Below the pieces are notes generated by a model that was given only the letters and a program-made list of their open reading frames with translations, searched no databases and was not told where the DNA came from. Position numbers and translations under genes: made by a program. Below are positions 28,871 through 41,296 of a DNA stretch of 64,000 nucleotides, in pieces; position 1 is the first letter of the stretch; each line of letters opens with the position of its first letter. Origin of the DNA: Psilocybe cubensis (lineage: Eukaryota); assembly GCA_017499595.2 (NCBI GenBank), contig CM039000.1:62001-126000 (forward strand). The letters run 5' to 3'.

Positions 28871-29865
28871 AAGAGATAGACTGTAGGTGACTGTTTGTAT
28901 GAGGTTTGGGGATGGGAAAGTTCATGTCGGATTTCGATGGCAACTTTTATAGAACCGGCGACGCACACAGGCAGCGGAACTTTCGGCTAGTCAGGGTCGG
29001 CCAAGGCAGTAGTCCAAAAATGATTATCCCCACTAGATGACTTGGTACGACTAGTTCAAATCAGAGCAACTCACAAAACCATTTCACAATGGCATTATGG
29101 TATGCAGTATGTAATTCTTTTCCTAAATACCCGGTGCACAAATTCGTAGCTATTAGAAGAAGAAACTGTTCAACTTGACTGCCGTTGTGTCTGAATACTC
29201 GGTAACAAAAAACAAAGTAATTGGCCACGGCATTAAGGTGGCATTACTGTGAGATTGCAGTCTAGACCAGTAGCGACCGTGTATATGTCACTCAATTACA
29301 CGCCTAAACTAACCCACGGTCGTCAACATTTACCTGAGCCTGCAGTGTTGATGCGTGGCGAGACTATATATGTTGAAAGGATTTGCTGGTGCCTGCTTGA
29401 TAGTGAGGACATGTGGCATATTGAAGAAATGAGCGTATGATGATGGGCAGCAAGTTGGGACTGACCATATTAATAGTCGTGCAGTTGGGGGAGCAAGGTG
29501 TATAGAGGGTATATATATCAGGACGGGGGGAGGTGAGTGACCAATAACATTAGATGCGTTCATATGGCTCACTGCGCACAGAAGACGAGGACGGAGTACG
29601 AATGTCTCGTCAACGCACCTTGCAACTCACATTGGCACGCTGCCCTCAAGTCGGTGAACCTCGTGTAGGTGCATTGAGAGGAAGGGAGGGAGTCGGACAC
29701 ACTCAGAGTGAGCTTGGTACAAGAGAAACTTTGGCCCTGGCTCTGTTTCTGGCCGTACACAATGGTCCCATCTGCTTCATTCTCAGTTCTTTGGCACAGT
29801 GGCTCTCCCTCCAGTACGCACTGCTATTAAAGTGGTACACAAGTATGTCTATATACGAGTCTGTA

Positions 29866-30913
29866 TCAACTCTGCTGCTTGACACCTATGCGCCCTCGAG
29901 AATTAACCTTTCCTTCTTTCTTGGGCTTCAGGTGTTCTTTTCTTTTTTTCCGAATCGGAAAGCCGTTATCATCTAATCCTAAACAAAATGAGCAAATGGA
30001 TAAAATGATTCCGTATTAAAGAGCTCACCCAATTTTGCGCTTCCCATCATCAAGAGGATCCCACTGACTCTTGCCATCGAATAGTAGTTGGGAGATACGG
30101 GCCAATTTAAGCAGACTGCTACATTTTTTCCAAACTCTTTGTCTCGAAAACTGTTACCACGGACCGTAAATTGTGCAAAGGACTCGGGAAGGATCGATAT
30201 CATCTCGAAGTCGAGCAGGCACACCTTTCCACTTTTATCAAGTAGAAAGTTGCTTCGGGCCATGTCCGACTGGGTGAAAACTAGTTTTTCACCTGCGAAA
30301 CTCACTTTTGGTGGCCGTGAGTATGGATGTAAACAATCGACTCCCTATGGTGATAAATTTAATAGAGTACTATAGCATTATCCAAATTTCTACGCACCGT
30401 ATTCACATACCTCTCAAGCGCATCAATGCTCTTGAAGCGTAGAGGTGCCTCGCAATCTTTAAAAAACTGGTTGTGTGCATATCCGCCTCCAAGGTCTCCT
30501 ATGCCTGCCCCGGGAGGAATAGGCACGTCGCGTAGCCACTGAATTGCCTTCGCCACTCCCTCGTATGCTGTGTCGGCTGGAGATGCGCCGTCAATGTTCT
30601 CCATCACAAAGTACCACCGCCTATCCTCGCGCTCGCCGAAGTCGTCGTCCATATCCTCAAGCTCGCCCTTGGATGCTTTAAAGAAATCCACCGGTTGAGG
30701 AACATGTGGAGCTTCTGGGTCCTCCGCAGACATCCTATGGATGTACTTCTGAGTGTGGTACTGGAATCTTAGATAGCTACAAAAGCCGTATTTGATGAAA
30801 TATTTTCCCAGTACAGTGCAAAGGCTTGCAGGAGGGATATTCGATTTCATTTCCTCCATGCAGCAGTGCTGAACAATTTCCAACCGTTCCGACGTAGTTA
30901 GTGTGGATTCCAT
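29866..30913 (-). CDS. Protein kinase-like / APH-family phosphotransferase, copy 2 (3 exons)
   Basis: Closely similar paralog of copy 1 offset by ~2043 bp, with the same intron positions and motifs (FTQSDMARSNFLLD, CLLDFE). Confidence 0.8.
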
Positions 30914-31701
30914 AAGAAGTAGACTGTGAGGTGGTTGTTCGTACGATGAGGCTTGGTGAGTGGGAAATCAACGTGTCAGCTTTTACGGAGACGGCGGAAA
31001 CTGAAAGTCCAACACATCAGCAACGGTCCGAATTGTCCGATTGGTCCGAAGACCAAAACATGACTCTGAACTCACGAGGAGTCAAGCCACCATTTTAAAG
31101 TCAAGATATAGATCGCATTGAAATTATTCTTCCCAAAATTGTTGCACATCCGTATGTGGCATCAAGGTAGCATCAAGAAACCTTTAACAGACTATAACTT
31201 ATCACCAGTCTTAAACTTACCTTGTACACATACTCATCCTGCCGCCTGCGTCCACTATAAATTCTTACACAATTTTGGTTGCAATTGTCGGAAGCTTCGC
31301 ATATGACTCAATATCCAGCCGCTCTGAATCAACCTTGATATACATTCCGGAAGTTAAAATGAGTGTATCCATAATTCCGGAGTAAAATCGTCCTTTGGTC
31401 CTGTAGGTACTTTCTCATACTGATCTGTAATGCGATAAACCCAAAATAGGTTGTCGAGGAAACATACTACACGTTGCCGGCTTTCATTGTTTGTGTGCAC
31501 TGTGGCACCACATTTTTTGTTTAGGAGTATCCTGAAAACTTATTTAAGGCGACAGTTCTCTTAGTTTTCTCCCCACCGAACGTCCAATTACAACGAGTCC
31601 CATATCGACACCATACCATCACCACAGTGAGCTTTTACGGTTCCTTTCCCTCCGCAGCATGACCCATCTGTGGCGACACACTTTACTGACAATGTACTTA
31701 G

Positions 31702-32673
31702 ATGTCTTCCAGCCCAAATGATTATACCGATTACTCATCCGATACGCCATCGGAGAGCCTTTCTGATGAAGATCATATACCTATCATGGACTTTGACCAT
31801 CATGGTATGTGGGATGGCACTGAAGGGCCCGCAATACACACCCCTGAGAACATAAGACGTATATGTGCCAAAATGTTCATCATCGAATATCTTACTACGT
31901 ATCAACCTGAAGAGGATGAGAGAAACGATAATGAAGATGATCTGGAACAAAATCATATCGTTTCTCTTGTCCCTTTCACCGAGAAATTCTGCTACAATGA
32001 TATGACATTCCATGCTGCTCGCATATCTATGGAACTTGTTAAAGGAGGGTTTGAGACCGATACACTTTCGGTTGGACAAGTAAGTTCAGTCTTATATTTA
32101 CCTACTCGTTTACAGCTGGCTGATTTATCTTGATACTACCCAAGCCAATTTTACTTAAACATGCTGTCGATCACCACTACGGTAACTTTGAAGTAAAACT
32201 TGTAACATATATAGGTTTTAGTAAGGGTTCCCTCAACTCAAGATCATACCCTCTCAGAGAGGGCGTTACTATTGGCGAAATAATAGATTGCGTCATTTCA
32301 AATAAAATGCATCACTTCGCCTTTCTTCCCTACAAACTTGGAAACGATGTTGGATGGAAAGGTTGTCGTGACTTCATGTACGTTACTAAACTAATTTATG
32401 ACCTATTCATCTAATACAAAGGTACCTCTTAGGCTACAATTTTGGGCGGAACTCATCCGCACAGGAATCATTACTACCAGCGTACCCGAGGAAGAATCAG
32501 GAAAGAATTCTTCACTTGCCTGGGACCTATGTGTAACGTACAACCGTGATGGTAGTAGTAGAAATGATTTCATTGGTGGAGGTCATTACTACAGTTTTAC
32601 GCCCAAGGACGATGAATATTCACCTGGTCACTGTGTCTCACGTGCGGGGCTATCCGTAAGGAAAGACCTGTGA
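31702..32673 (+). CDS. Hypothetical protein; exons 31702-32079, 32145-32377, 32433-32673
   Basis: Three ORF-track segments are joined in frame by GTAAGT..AAG and GTACGT..TAG introns. Upstream TATTTAA and a probable 5' UTR intron ending at 31701. No recognisable domain. Confidence 0.7.
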
Positions 32674-34769
32674 TCAAATCAAGTATTAGTAGCGAGGTCA
32701 GGATTTTGGACCCATACGGTCATTGTTCTCATATTTTCTGAAGTACAAGTAATTGTATGGTTTCTTTACTTACTGTTGTTATTCGAATATATCCAAAGTT
32801 TATGGGCGATCTTTATTCTTTGCTCTTTGGGAAGAGGGAAATGCACAATTGGTCCTTAAGCACTTTTATATGTGGACAATAGATGACCTCTTTGAACCTG
32901 TTACCCACCAGGAGATGTCAATCGAAGACTGAGGTGTGAATTAGTCCGATTAGCACTAAAGGGATCAATAAAAGCGACCTGAACGATATGCGACTAGTCA
33001 GACGGTCTTTGAATTACGGAATGTCTTGATTATTTACAACTCTTTCGTGTTGTAGATTCGGGTTCTAGTGTAAAATATACTGTTTAGTTCTCATTCCTGT
33101 GGGCAGCATGTACGCTCACCATTTTTTTCTGGGAAACTTACAAGACCTACCATGACCTACCATGTCATCTAGACTGAATATGCATGTATAGCGCAAACTC
33201 TGTGGACCATTGAAAACTCTGGAAACAATCTGTGTTGTACCTCACATCTCCCCATCATGTCCTATCATGAGGTTTCCCTCAGGAGCGTACGACTCACCTT
33301 TTGTCATTGTACGTTGGGCTGGGTTCTGATTGTGGTTTTCTGTCGTCCGCTTGTCTCACTTCTAAGTGCCGGCTACCGGAGTGGCTATTATCCTGTTCAA
33401 TGCGTATATAACTTACTTCAGACCTCAAATCTAAATTATATTTGCGTATTCGTTTCGTAAATCTCGCCTCTATCACTCCTTTTGTCAACAATCATATTGA
33501 ATAATTCCCTGACTCTGAAATTTCGCTTCTGATTGCTTTCCTGGCATCCATAATTCCTCAGGTTGTATATTTGAAGTCTTCATTCTCCTAGTCGTGGTTC
33601 CGCGTATCCACTGGTATTATTTGTTAGTTTCTTGTAAGTATATTGTCCAGAGATTGGCGTCTCAAATCATCGTTACGCTTAAATGGGTGATATGTAAATC
33701 AATCTGCCACATTTGGAACAAGTAAGTTGTTGTAGGGATTGGTTACCCGCATATGGCACCCGGAATTGGCCCTCCAATTGATGGAGTGGAAGCGTCGATT
33801 CTTTGTCTTGTTAAGCTGTGTATTTGATTTGTACTTTCTCAGAAAACATCTGTTTTTACCTTTCCTCAAAATTGTTGCCGAACGGACTGTTGTAGTAATT
33901 AAGTAATAGAACTTTTTGTAGAACTTTTTATATCAATCAGTTGTTACTCCAGCCAACTTTGTGGGTTCATGATCAAATTCTCAAATTTGAATAGTTGATT
34001 TGGGTTCACCCAAATTTTGTTTGCAAATATGCAAGATAGTGGAGTTTATAGAGCGGGTTGTTCAAATGATAAAGATATATTTTGTTGAGTCCCGCACTGC
34101 ACGTCCCTTGAACTTCCCTTGCTTCCCCTGCAAGGTACATTTCCTATGCCCATTATTGACCATTATCCTCAGCTCACCAGAATTTCATTTGAAAGCATGC
34201 AAGACAAGAAGTATTTTTATTGAGTGCTAATCTGAATACAATCCTACTGAAAATCGCCTGTTTTAGCGATCGTCAAGAAGCATCGCGGCCGATGTGCATG
34301 AAATTCTCACGCACTCGGCCATCGATATCATTGAGGTCACATAGGCCGGAAGAAAATGGTGAGCTTGACGCATCACCATTTTCTGGGTCGACCACCTTTG
34401 GATCCCTCATCCCTATAGTCGCTACCAGCTGCGCTGCAGCATTGTTTCTCACATGCGGGTGTATACTGCCGAGAGAGGTGCTTGTCAGGGTGTGTGATTG
34501 TGAATGAACAGAACACTTACGGTATGTGGATCATCTCCTTTTTCTTGGTCCCTGGTCACCCTTTCTCCACCTAGATCCCGGCCAGGTTGACGAACCGGAT
34601 TCGGTTGTCATTCCGCCTTTGCTTGCGCTCTCGGGTGACGCTGATGTCAAACCCCTTCATGCAGTTGGGGATATGACCTTGGCTCTCTTCCGAGCTTATC
34701 TCGGTCGCCGGCTGTTTGACCGCGAGACTGCGAGCAAGGTCCGACTTTTTCAGAAAATTTTCTACAGTG

Positions 34770-35857
34770 TACAGAGAATGAAGGAAATGTTAATACCTTG
34801 CTTGAGAATCCGTGGAATTCTCGCATAGCCTGTTACTGGGCACGTCCAACCGGAGACCATTAACAAATACCATTCGAGAAGGGGAAAACATGCACATACC
34901 TTCCATAGCTGTCAGGCTTACTCTGTTGATGCTCGACGGGGAGATCCCCGGAGCTTTTATCCACCAAGTATTTCCTTTCATTGATGGATAATATGTTGCA
35001 ATAGTTTTCCCCTCCTCCAATCGTATAGGAGGCTATGACCACAAGTAAAGATGGAAAATGTGAACATTGATCTGTAAGCGCAAAACTTGGAGATCACTGG
35101 AATTAAGTGCTTACGATTCATATAATGGTCGTCTTGATTACTTTGACTCCCGCTTGAAAATGCGAAGTTATTAAGGGCACTCTCGTTAAATGATCGCGTG
35201 TCAAATGGAGCCGGGAAGTTGCTTGATACACTATCTTGGTCAGCTACAAGTAGCTTGATGGTATGGTACTGAATTGAATCTTACATGAGGGATGTTGATT
35301 CCAACGGGTTAGAATCCTTGAATGCTGGTTGATTGAGCGTATCACACAACATATATCTTGGAAAGTGGGTGGATGACACTGTAAAAGAACAAGTTCATTA
35401 GCTAAATAGTAATTTGTATCTAAGAAAATGACACACATTGGTGATCATACTCATTGATCAAATGCTCACCTACACCTTGGGATATAGGGAGGGGCGGTAC
35501 TACCATCTCACCTCCCTCGGATAAATTGGGTGTTATGGATATGGATGATGACGGTGAGTACATGACTAAAGGTGAACCATGATGTATAGGAAATGCGGTA
35601 TTATTGATGCCACCGTGGTTTCCTGCTTGGAGGCACACATCGACACTCCAAAAATCTTCGTTATACCTCCAACTTGGTCCCAGATATTTATCATAAAGTT
35701 GTTCGGGTGCTGCATGAGACAATGAGACGGTTAGTGAGCCAAATCTTCAGTTTCATTGTGTTATTTGCCTACATGTACAACTGAACAGATCGTCGAAGAA
35801 CCCAGGCATGAAGTCCTTCCATGATATATCTGAGGACGAAATTTGTTGGTCGGCCAT
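34770..35857 (-). CDS. Possible multi-exon hypothetical gene or pseudogene (3' end unresolved)
   Basis: ATG at 35857 (MADQQISSSDISWKDFMPGFFDDLFSCT) can be spliced through several GT-AG introns into SPEQLYDKYLGP... and further short exons. I could not keep the frame open beyond ~34600. Confidence 0.35.
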
Positions 35858-37705
35858 GACTATGAGCAAGTGGAGGGAAGGAGTGAAGCACAGATAGGGC
35901 TTTGTGGGGAATCAATACACAGGGGATGCCTTTTGATCAAAACACAGGGTCATGAGTGGCGACGAATGTGAAAAATCCCCAGGCTAATTAGCCAGTGTCG
36001 TGTTTTCAACTTCTGACTCACCTTTGAATCGCGTATGGGTGCTGCTGCTGTACATATCGTATTTTATCCCACACATAGGCACTAGCTCCTCTTATTCTCC
36101 GCGGCCCGTGTTTGGGTGGCTGAGTGAATTACCTGTGTCGGAACCTCGAGGCAGACATGTTAGGGTCTTCCTTAACCTCATTCCCATATTTCCTGTGTGG
36201 AACTTCTACAATCCCTAGCTGGGATCCGATAGTCCTTGCAATTTCCAACGCCCACCACCTTTTAAAATTCGATTTTAAGCAACTTTGTCCCCTTCTATGC
36301 TAATATCGACACATGTGTAGTTAAGTATTCCTCCCACCACCTCATTGTTTTCAGCTCGGGATAACACGGGTATCAGGTGTCAAAACGGGGCTTATAAAGA
36401 CGTCGTATAGCTAAGCAGCGGATACTGGCATACTGGAAACCAGGAAGCAAAAAACAATAGTACACAAAGCTATATCATCCCTTCTTCGATTATCTAGGGC
36501 AATCAGCTGTAAGATTCTTCTTCCAGTACATCTCCTCGTGCGCAACGTCTACCGGCGCTGTAAATTATGTCGGGGGATTAGACTTGAGAGTTAAACAAAT
36601 TTGTTAAAGACGTCGACTTGGCTTGTTTTCAGCAATGCCTGCTAATTGTTAAAAAGCTTCGCAGATCTATTGGCGTGGTATCAAATGTAATTTGTATGCC
36701 GTTATGGATTTACATATGTGCGCTTAATTCAAGCACAGAATCTCCATCCACTGGCACTAATATTTTTGTAGATCATGTACCATTTGTAATTATCACGCTA
36801 AGGCCGCCAACACTTGCATTCTAAATCAGTATAATCTTCCCCTACTCAGTACGAACCTTCCTCTCAAATCATTTTGTATTGGGTTCACTGTTCAATGCTA
36901 TAAAAAAACGTTCACGGTACAAGAGTTCCGCTTGATCCAGATTCTGTATTATTTTTGTAAAGAGAGGTTCGGCGTTTCGCCATTGGATACACCAGAGACT
37001 GGCTACTATAGGTGTGTACTTTCTTCCCTAACAGCTTAATATTCTTTCACTCGCCGATTCCTCATTTCAGACAGCTCCTCAGATTTCAATCGCGAAAAAG
37101 GATCGACACATATCTATAAATCATACTGCTGCTAACGTGTTTATTCCTATTACTATCGAAGTTTCGACCTCTCCCTTTACAAGCACATGGCTGCATTGGC
37201 AAAATAGAAATACTTGAACGCTGACACACAAACAAAAATATCAGTGATCATTTCTTACTTAAGTTTACGTTCATAAAATACACCTTCTTGCATCATCTGT
37301 AGCTCTGGAGTGGTTAATAAATTATCTCGTCCTTGAATGATAATCTTGTGTTCCTGTCAAATCCCTATCTTTGTCAACAAAACTCCCGTCGGAGTGTCGA
37401 TGCTATAAAAGGTCCACGGCCGGCAACGCCGCTGGGAAAACTGAGTCACCGACCGAGGATGGTCCGACTTTCTTCTGAATTATCAATGAAAGGCACACTT
37501 CACTCATGTCACAACACGACGACTACTCAGGTCGCAGATAAGCTGCACGATATTATTCAAAATCGTAAAACGTGGCAATCATCATAAGGATTGAAGGCTT
37601 ATTGCACTCACACCGAAGAATCTCCAGGTTATCTATCTTGTACCAGATACCAGCATTTTAGGTGGACCTTGAAACCTTTCAAAAGTACGTCTCCGTATAT
37701 GGCTG

Positions 37706-38075
37706 TGTAGCAACTCGAACAGATTGTAACTATCTTATCTTATCATCTCTTTAGTTTTTGATTTGATCTAGCTATGACACTTCGATTACTTTACTTTAGT
37801 CTTCGTCATTCTGCTCCTACAAACTCACCCTCTTAATATGTATATACATCACTATGACCTCCTACTCCAATTACTACTCCAATGCTCCAAAGTATCTAGT
37901 GTATATAAGTAGTTGTAAATTGTACCAAGGAGGAACAACTTGAAATACGAACCCAAACCTTTAAGCTGTCTGTTTTATCACCTTTCCTCTCACCTCTCAC
38001 AATCATATCTCATCTCGTGTGGCTGTACTTAGATTAATAAGCGTAACTGTACGAATTAGTCTGACTACCGTCACA
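37706..38075 (+). repeat. 5' LTR of element A
   Basis: TGTAGCAACT...ACCGTCACA. Matches 61094-61463 except T37913 vs C61301. Confidence 0.97.
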
Positions 38076-38293
38076 TATTTTTTGACAAGCTCCACAATAA
38101 CTTTACCCGCCGATTCCTCGACCCTGGATCGACTTCCGTGACTGACAACATATCTGCTTGAGCTATAATCTACTTGTCTATTGTCTGGTACCCGAGGACT
38201 GATCACCCGACGACCTCAGCAATAGAAATTTAATCTGTGTTTTAATCTCGACAATTTTCCCACACCACTAGTACTAGTAATCTTGTTATAACA

Positions 38294-38820
38294 ATGTCTC
38301 GAACAAATGTATACTCTACTCGACTTAGATCCGGACGAGGATCTTCTGCTCGGAATGAGCAATTAGTAGCAGATTTGGCTGAGCCCATTGATGAGCCAAA
38401 AATTGAAGAACCTGATCATGACGATGATCAGGATGAGGACTCCTTTGATCCAAGAGGATCTTTGAGAAGCCCGTTTGAATTAAGACAGCCGGCCGCTCGG
38501 GGCAATTTGGCCGCTGAGTTTGCGCGAGTAAATGTTGGGTCACAGCCTGATCAAAGTAATACACTTGACGAGACGGCTGAACCGCGTGAACGTCTTGATG
38601 ATTGGATTAGAAATAATCCAAATAATCTAAGAAATCAGAATACTGAGACAGATCAAGATGATCCAGTTGCATTAGCCGAAAATGCATTAACCCAATCCCA
38701 GAAAGACCAAATATCACGGCGTAATGCTAAAGTAATGACGAATGTGATTAGACCTGAGATAACTCGGAATGAATCTGACGTATCTAAAGGCGAAGGACCG
38801 TCTAAACCCAATAAAGGTAA
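38294..38820 (+). CDS. gag: Element A gag-pol, 5' part (interrupted by element B)
   Basis: Removing B plus one GTAA copy joins ...KPNKGK to GPDPREWG in frame with the ORF ending at 60071, giving a single 2532 aa Gag-Pol. Confidence 0.93.
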
Positions 38821-39445
38821 TGTGGGAACCCACTACCGTCTGCGATCAAAAGCGCGCGCGATAGCAAAAGCCTGGCGTCACGAGACAGAGCAAAAGCCCA
38901 TAGCTGTGCCGACGGATGCGACTTCCGACGTGATACAGGAGCGCTGCACCGATGACCTTATCACACACAGGGGAAGATAAGGGACAAAATGCAAGATAAG
39001 TCTTTTCAAACTACAGCATACGAGTGCGTGCGCCACACTCGCCAAGGGGGGTCGAATAAGGAAATAACCACGACCGCCAAGCATTGATGAGCCCCTGTCA
39101 AAGCGCCCACAGGCGCAACGAACAAGGAAACGAGTGTCACGGAGGAGGTGGTGTCTGGCTCAGCACGCAGCAGTAACAGCTTGGCGAAGATAACAAATTA
39201 CTATATATTAACTTAGGTAGTGGGAGACAAGACTTTAGTGGAATACAGAGCTATTTTTTTTCCCTCACATTTCGTCCACCTTGTCTCGGAGTGAATCGCA
39301 CTCGGCAAGGATCGATCTGTTTCGATTTTCTCTCAATTAAAACTCCAACTTGCATCTTGCTACACCATTCAGACATTATCTACAACCTTGGACATTGCAG
39401 ACGGAGTCTGCAAGCTTCGCACACACACAACTTTAACTCACTTCA
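38821..39445 (+). repeat. 5' LTR of element B
   Basis: Matches 52371-52995 except C39323 vs T52873. Confidence 0.97.
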
Positions 39446-39447
39446 AC

Positions 39448-39466
39448 TGGAGCCCACCGCGAGGGG
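39448..39466 (+). promoter_or_regulatory. tRNA primer-binding site of element B
   Basis: TGGAGCCCACCGCGAGGGG lies two bases after the LTR and is complementary to a tRNA 3' end ...GGGCUCCA (Lys-like by recollection; unverified). Confidence 0.8.
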
Positions 39467-39704
39467 TTCTAAAGGTTGTAAACCACCCTATCCTTGATTC
39501 TTGAGTGCCCCAAACAAGGAGGGACTCGAGAACACCCAAGACGCCACGGAAACGCGTCCAACACCTACATATTTTCCCCATTATTTTCACTACCGCCAGC
39601 CTTTATCTGAAACCGATTCGTCATCGGATTCATCGAACGCCTTTGCACAATCGTCCCCGACTCGACCCACATTTGTTCCAGTAAATTGGGGAATTGCAAC
39701 CAAG

Positions 39705-40846
39705 ATGGCGCCACCAAATATGCCTAGCAAGAACCATAGCTCCGCTCCCAAGTTCGATGGAACTGCGGGGTCACTTCCTATGTTTCTAGACGACATTGAA
39801 CAGCTAGCAACGAGCTGTGAGCTTACCCCCAAGCAGACCATCGATTGGACGATTCGTTATGCCCCAGGAAGCGACGAACACGAGCTATGGAGCGGTTTAG
39901 ATACCTCGTCAGGCGATGACTGGATTGCTTTCAAACGCGAGCTGCTTGCACAGTATCCCGGATCGACAGGAGACAGGAAATACTCAGTTGCAAATCTGGA
40001 AATGCTCACTGAAAAACAAGCTGCCGGACAAATCACGAACTCGGAACAATTTGGAACATATTACCGCGCATTTTCGAAAATTTCACGGTTTCTTAAATCG
40101 AAAAACAAGTTGAACGATCGTGAAATAAGTAACCTGTTCATGAGAGGTCTAGACTATGCCTTCAGAGTACAGGTCCGAGCCCAGCTAAGGGCTGAAAACC
40201 CGAAGCATCACAGTGACGACCCTTACACGCTAAACCAAATATGCGAGGCAGCACTATTCATATTATCCTGCAACCACGACGACACCGAAATTGTGGCGCC
40301 AGCACTCGAAGCGTCTCCCTCAGTCAAGCGCGAGCATTTTGATATATCTAGTATTGCTCCAGCACTGCAACAAACGAGCAACTTCAACATGAGTGCCCTG
40401 GCACTGGAACTCATAAAACAGATGAACTTACAACATGCTCCATCAAACGTGTACCAAAACGCCCAGAATCAAGGGTACCCGACGTTGCAAACTCAAGGAG
40501 CACCTACACCTCGCAACAACGACTGTTCCTTCTGCTCTGATCCATCACATTATCAACATAGTTGTGCCAAAGCGGTGGAATATATCAAAAAGGGGCTCTG
40601 TGTGCGCAATAGCGAAAATTTCTTGGTGCTACCAGATGGGACACGTGTCACTCCTCGAACCGCACCGGGAAGGAATATCATGGAACGTGTTGATAACTGG
40701 CATAAAAGCAAATCTGCTAACTCGCCAACTGTATCATCAAACATGGTGAGTGCAGGTTCGGAGTTCAAATGGGAGATTCCCACGACGTCGGCTTTCGCCG
40801 CCGCGATGGACTTTGCGCACAACGAGGTTGCACCACCTACCGAACG
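39705..40846 (+). CDS. gag: Element B ORF1 (Gag-protease), 5' part, interrupted by element C
   Basis: MAPPNMPSKNHSSAPKFDG..., Zn-knuckle-like CSFCSDPSHYQHSC. Rejoins 47242-48166 in frame (PTER-EIEDLQIMES), 688 aa in total. Confidence 0.9.
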
Positions 40847-41296
40847 TGTCAGGGCAACACTATAATCAGTGTGACAAGGCCACCAACAAAGATTAAGCAA
40901 GAGAGAGAGAGAGAGAGCAGAGGGAGAGTAAGAGAGCAAAGAGAGAATAAGAGAGTGAGAGAGATTCAATGGTTCTAAGAGATCACACCAATGATAGTGG
41001 ATATCCTAAGAGATTGAAGCTGAAGCTACAGCTACCTACAAGTCCAGTATTTATACTCTACAGCTATTCTAGAATATTCCCTACATTACATCATAAAGGA
41101 AGGTTAAAGAATAAAAGTGACATCATATAGAAAAAGGATGAGTAAGACTAGGAATCATATAGAATTTACTAGAAAGAAGTGGAGCAAGAAGGCTGTGATG
41201 AAAGAAATAAACTATCTAATCAGATAATTGATAAGATAATGAAAGGATAAGATAATTCTGTAAAGATAAAGAGGGGAAACTGGAGAAACCCTGACA
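40847..41296 (-). repeat. 3' LTR of element C
   Basis: Matches 46787-47236 except C41280 vs T47220. Preceded on the minus strand by PPT AGAGAGGGGGTGA, which also holds the pol stop codon. Confidence 0.97.

Noticed and set aside
37030-37660. Possible micro-exon gene on the minus strand next to A's insertion site
   Set aside because: Splice-like signals are present, but no coherent reading frame could be assembled by eye.
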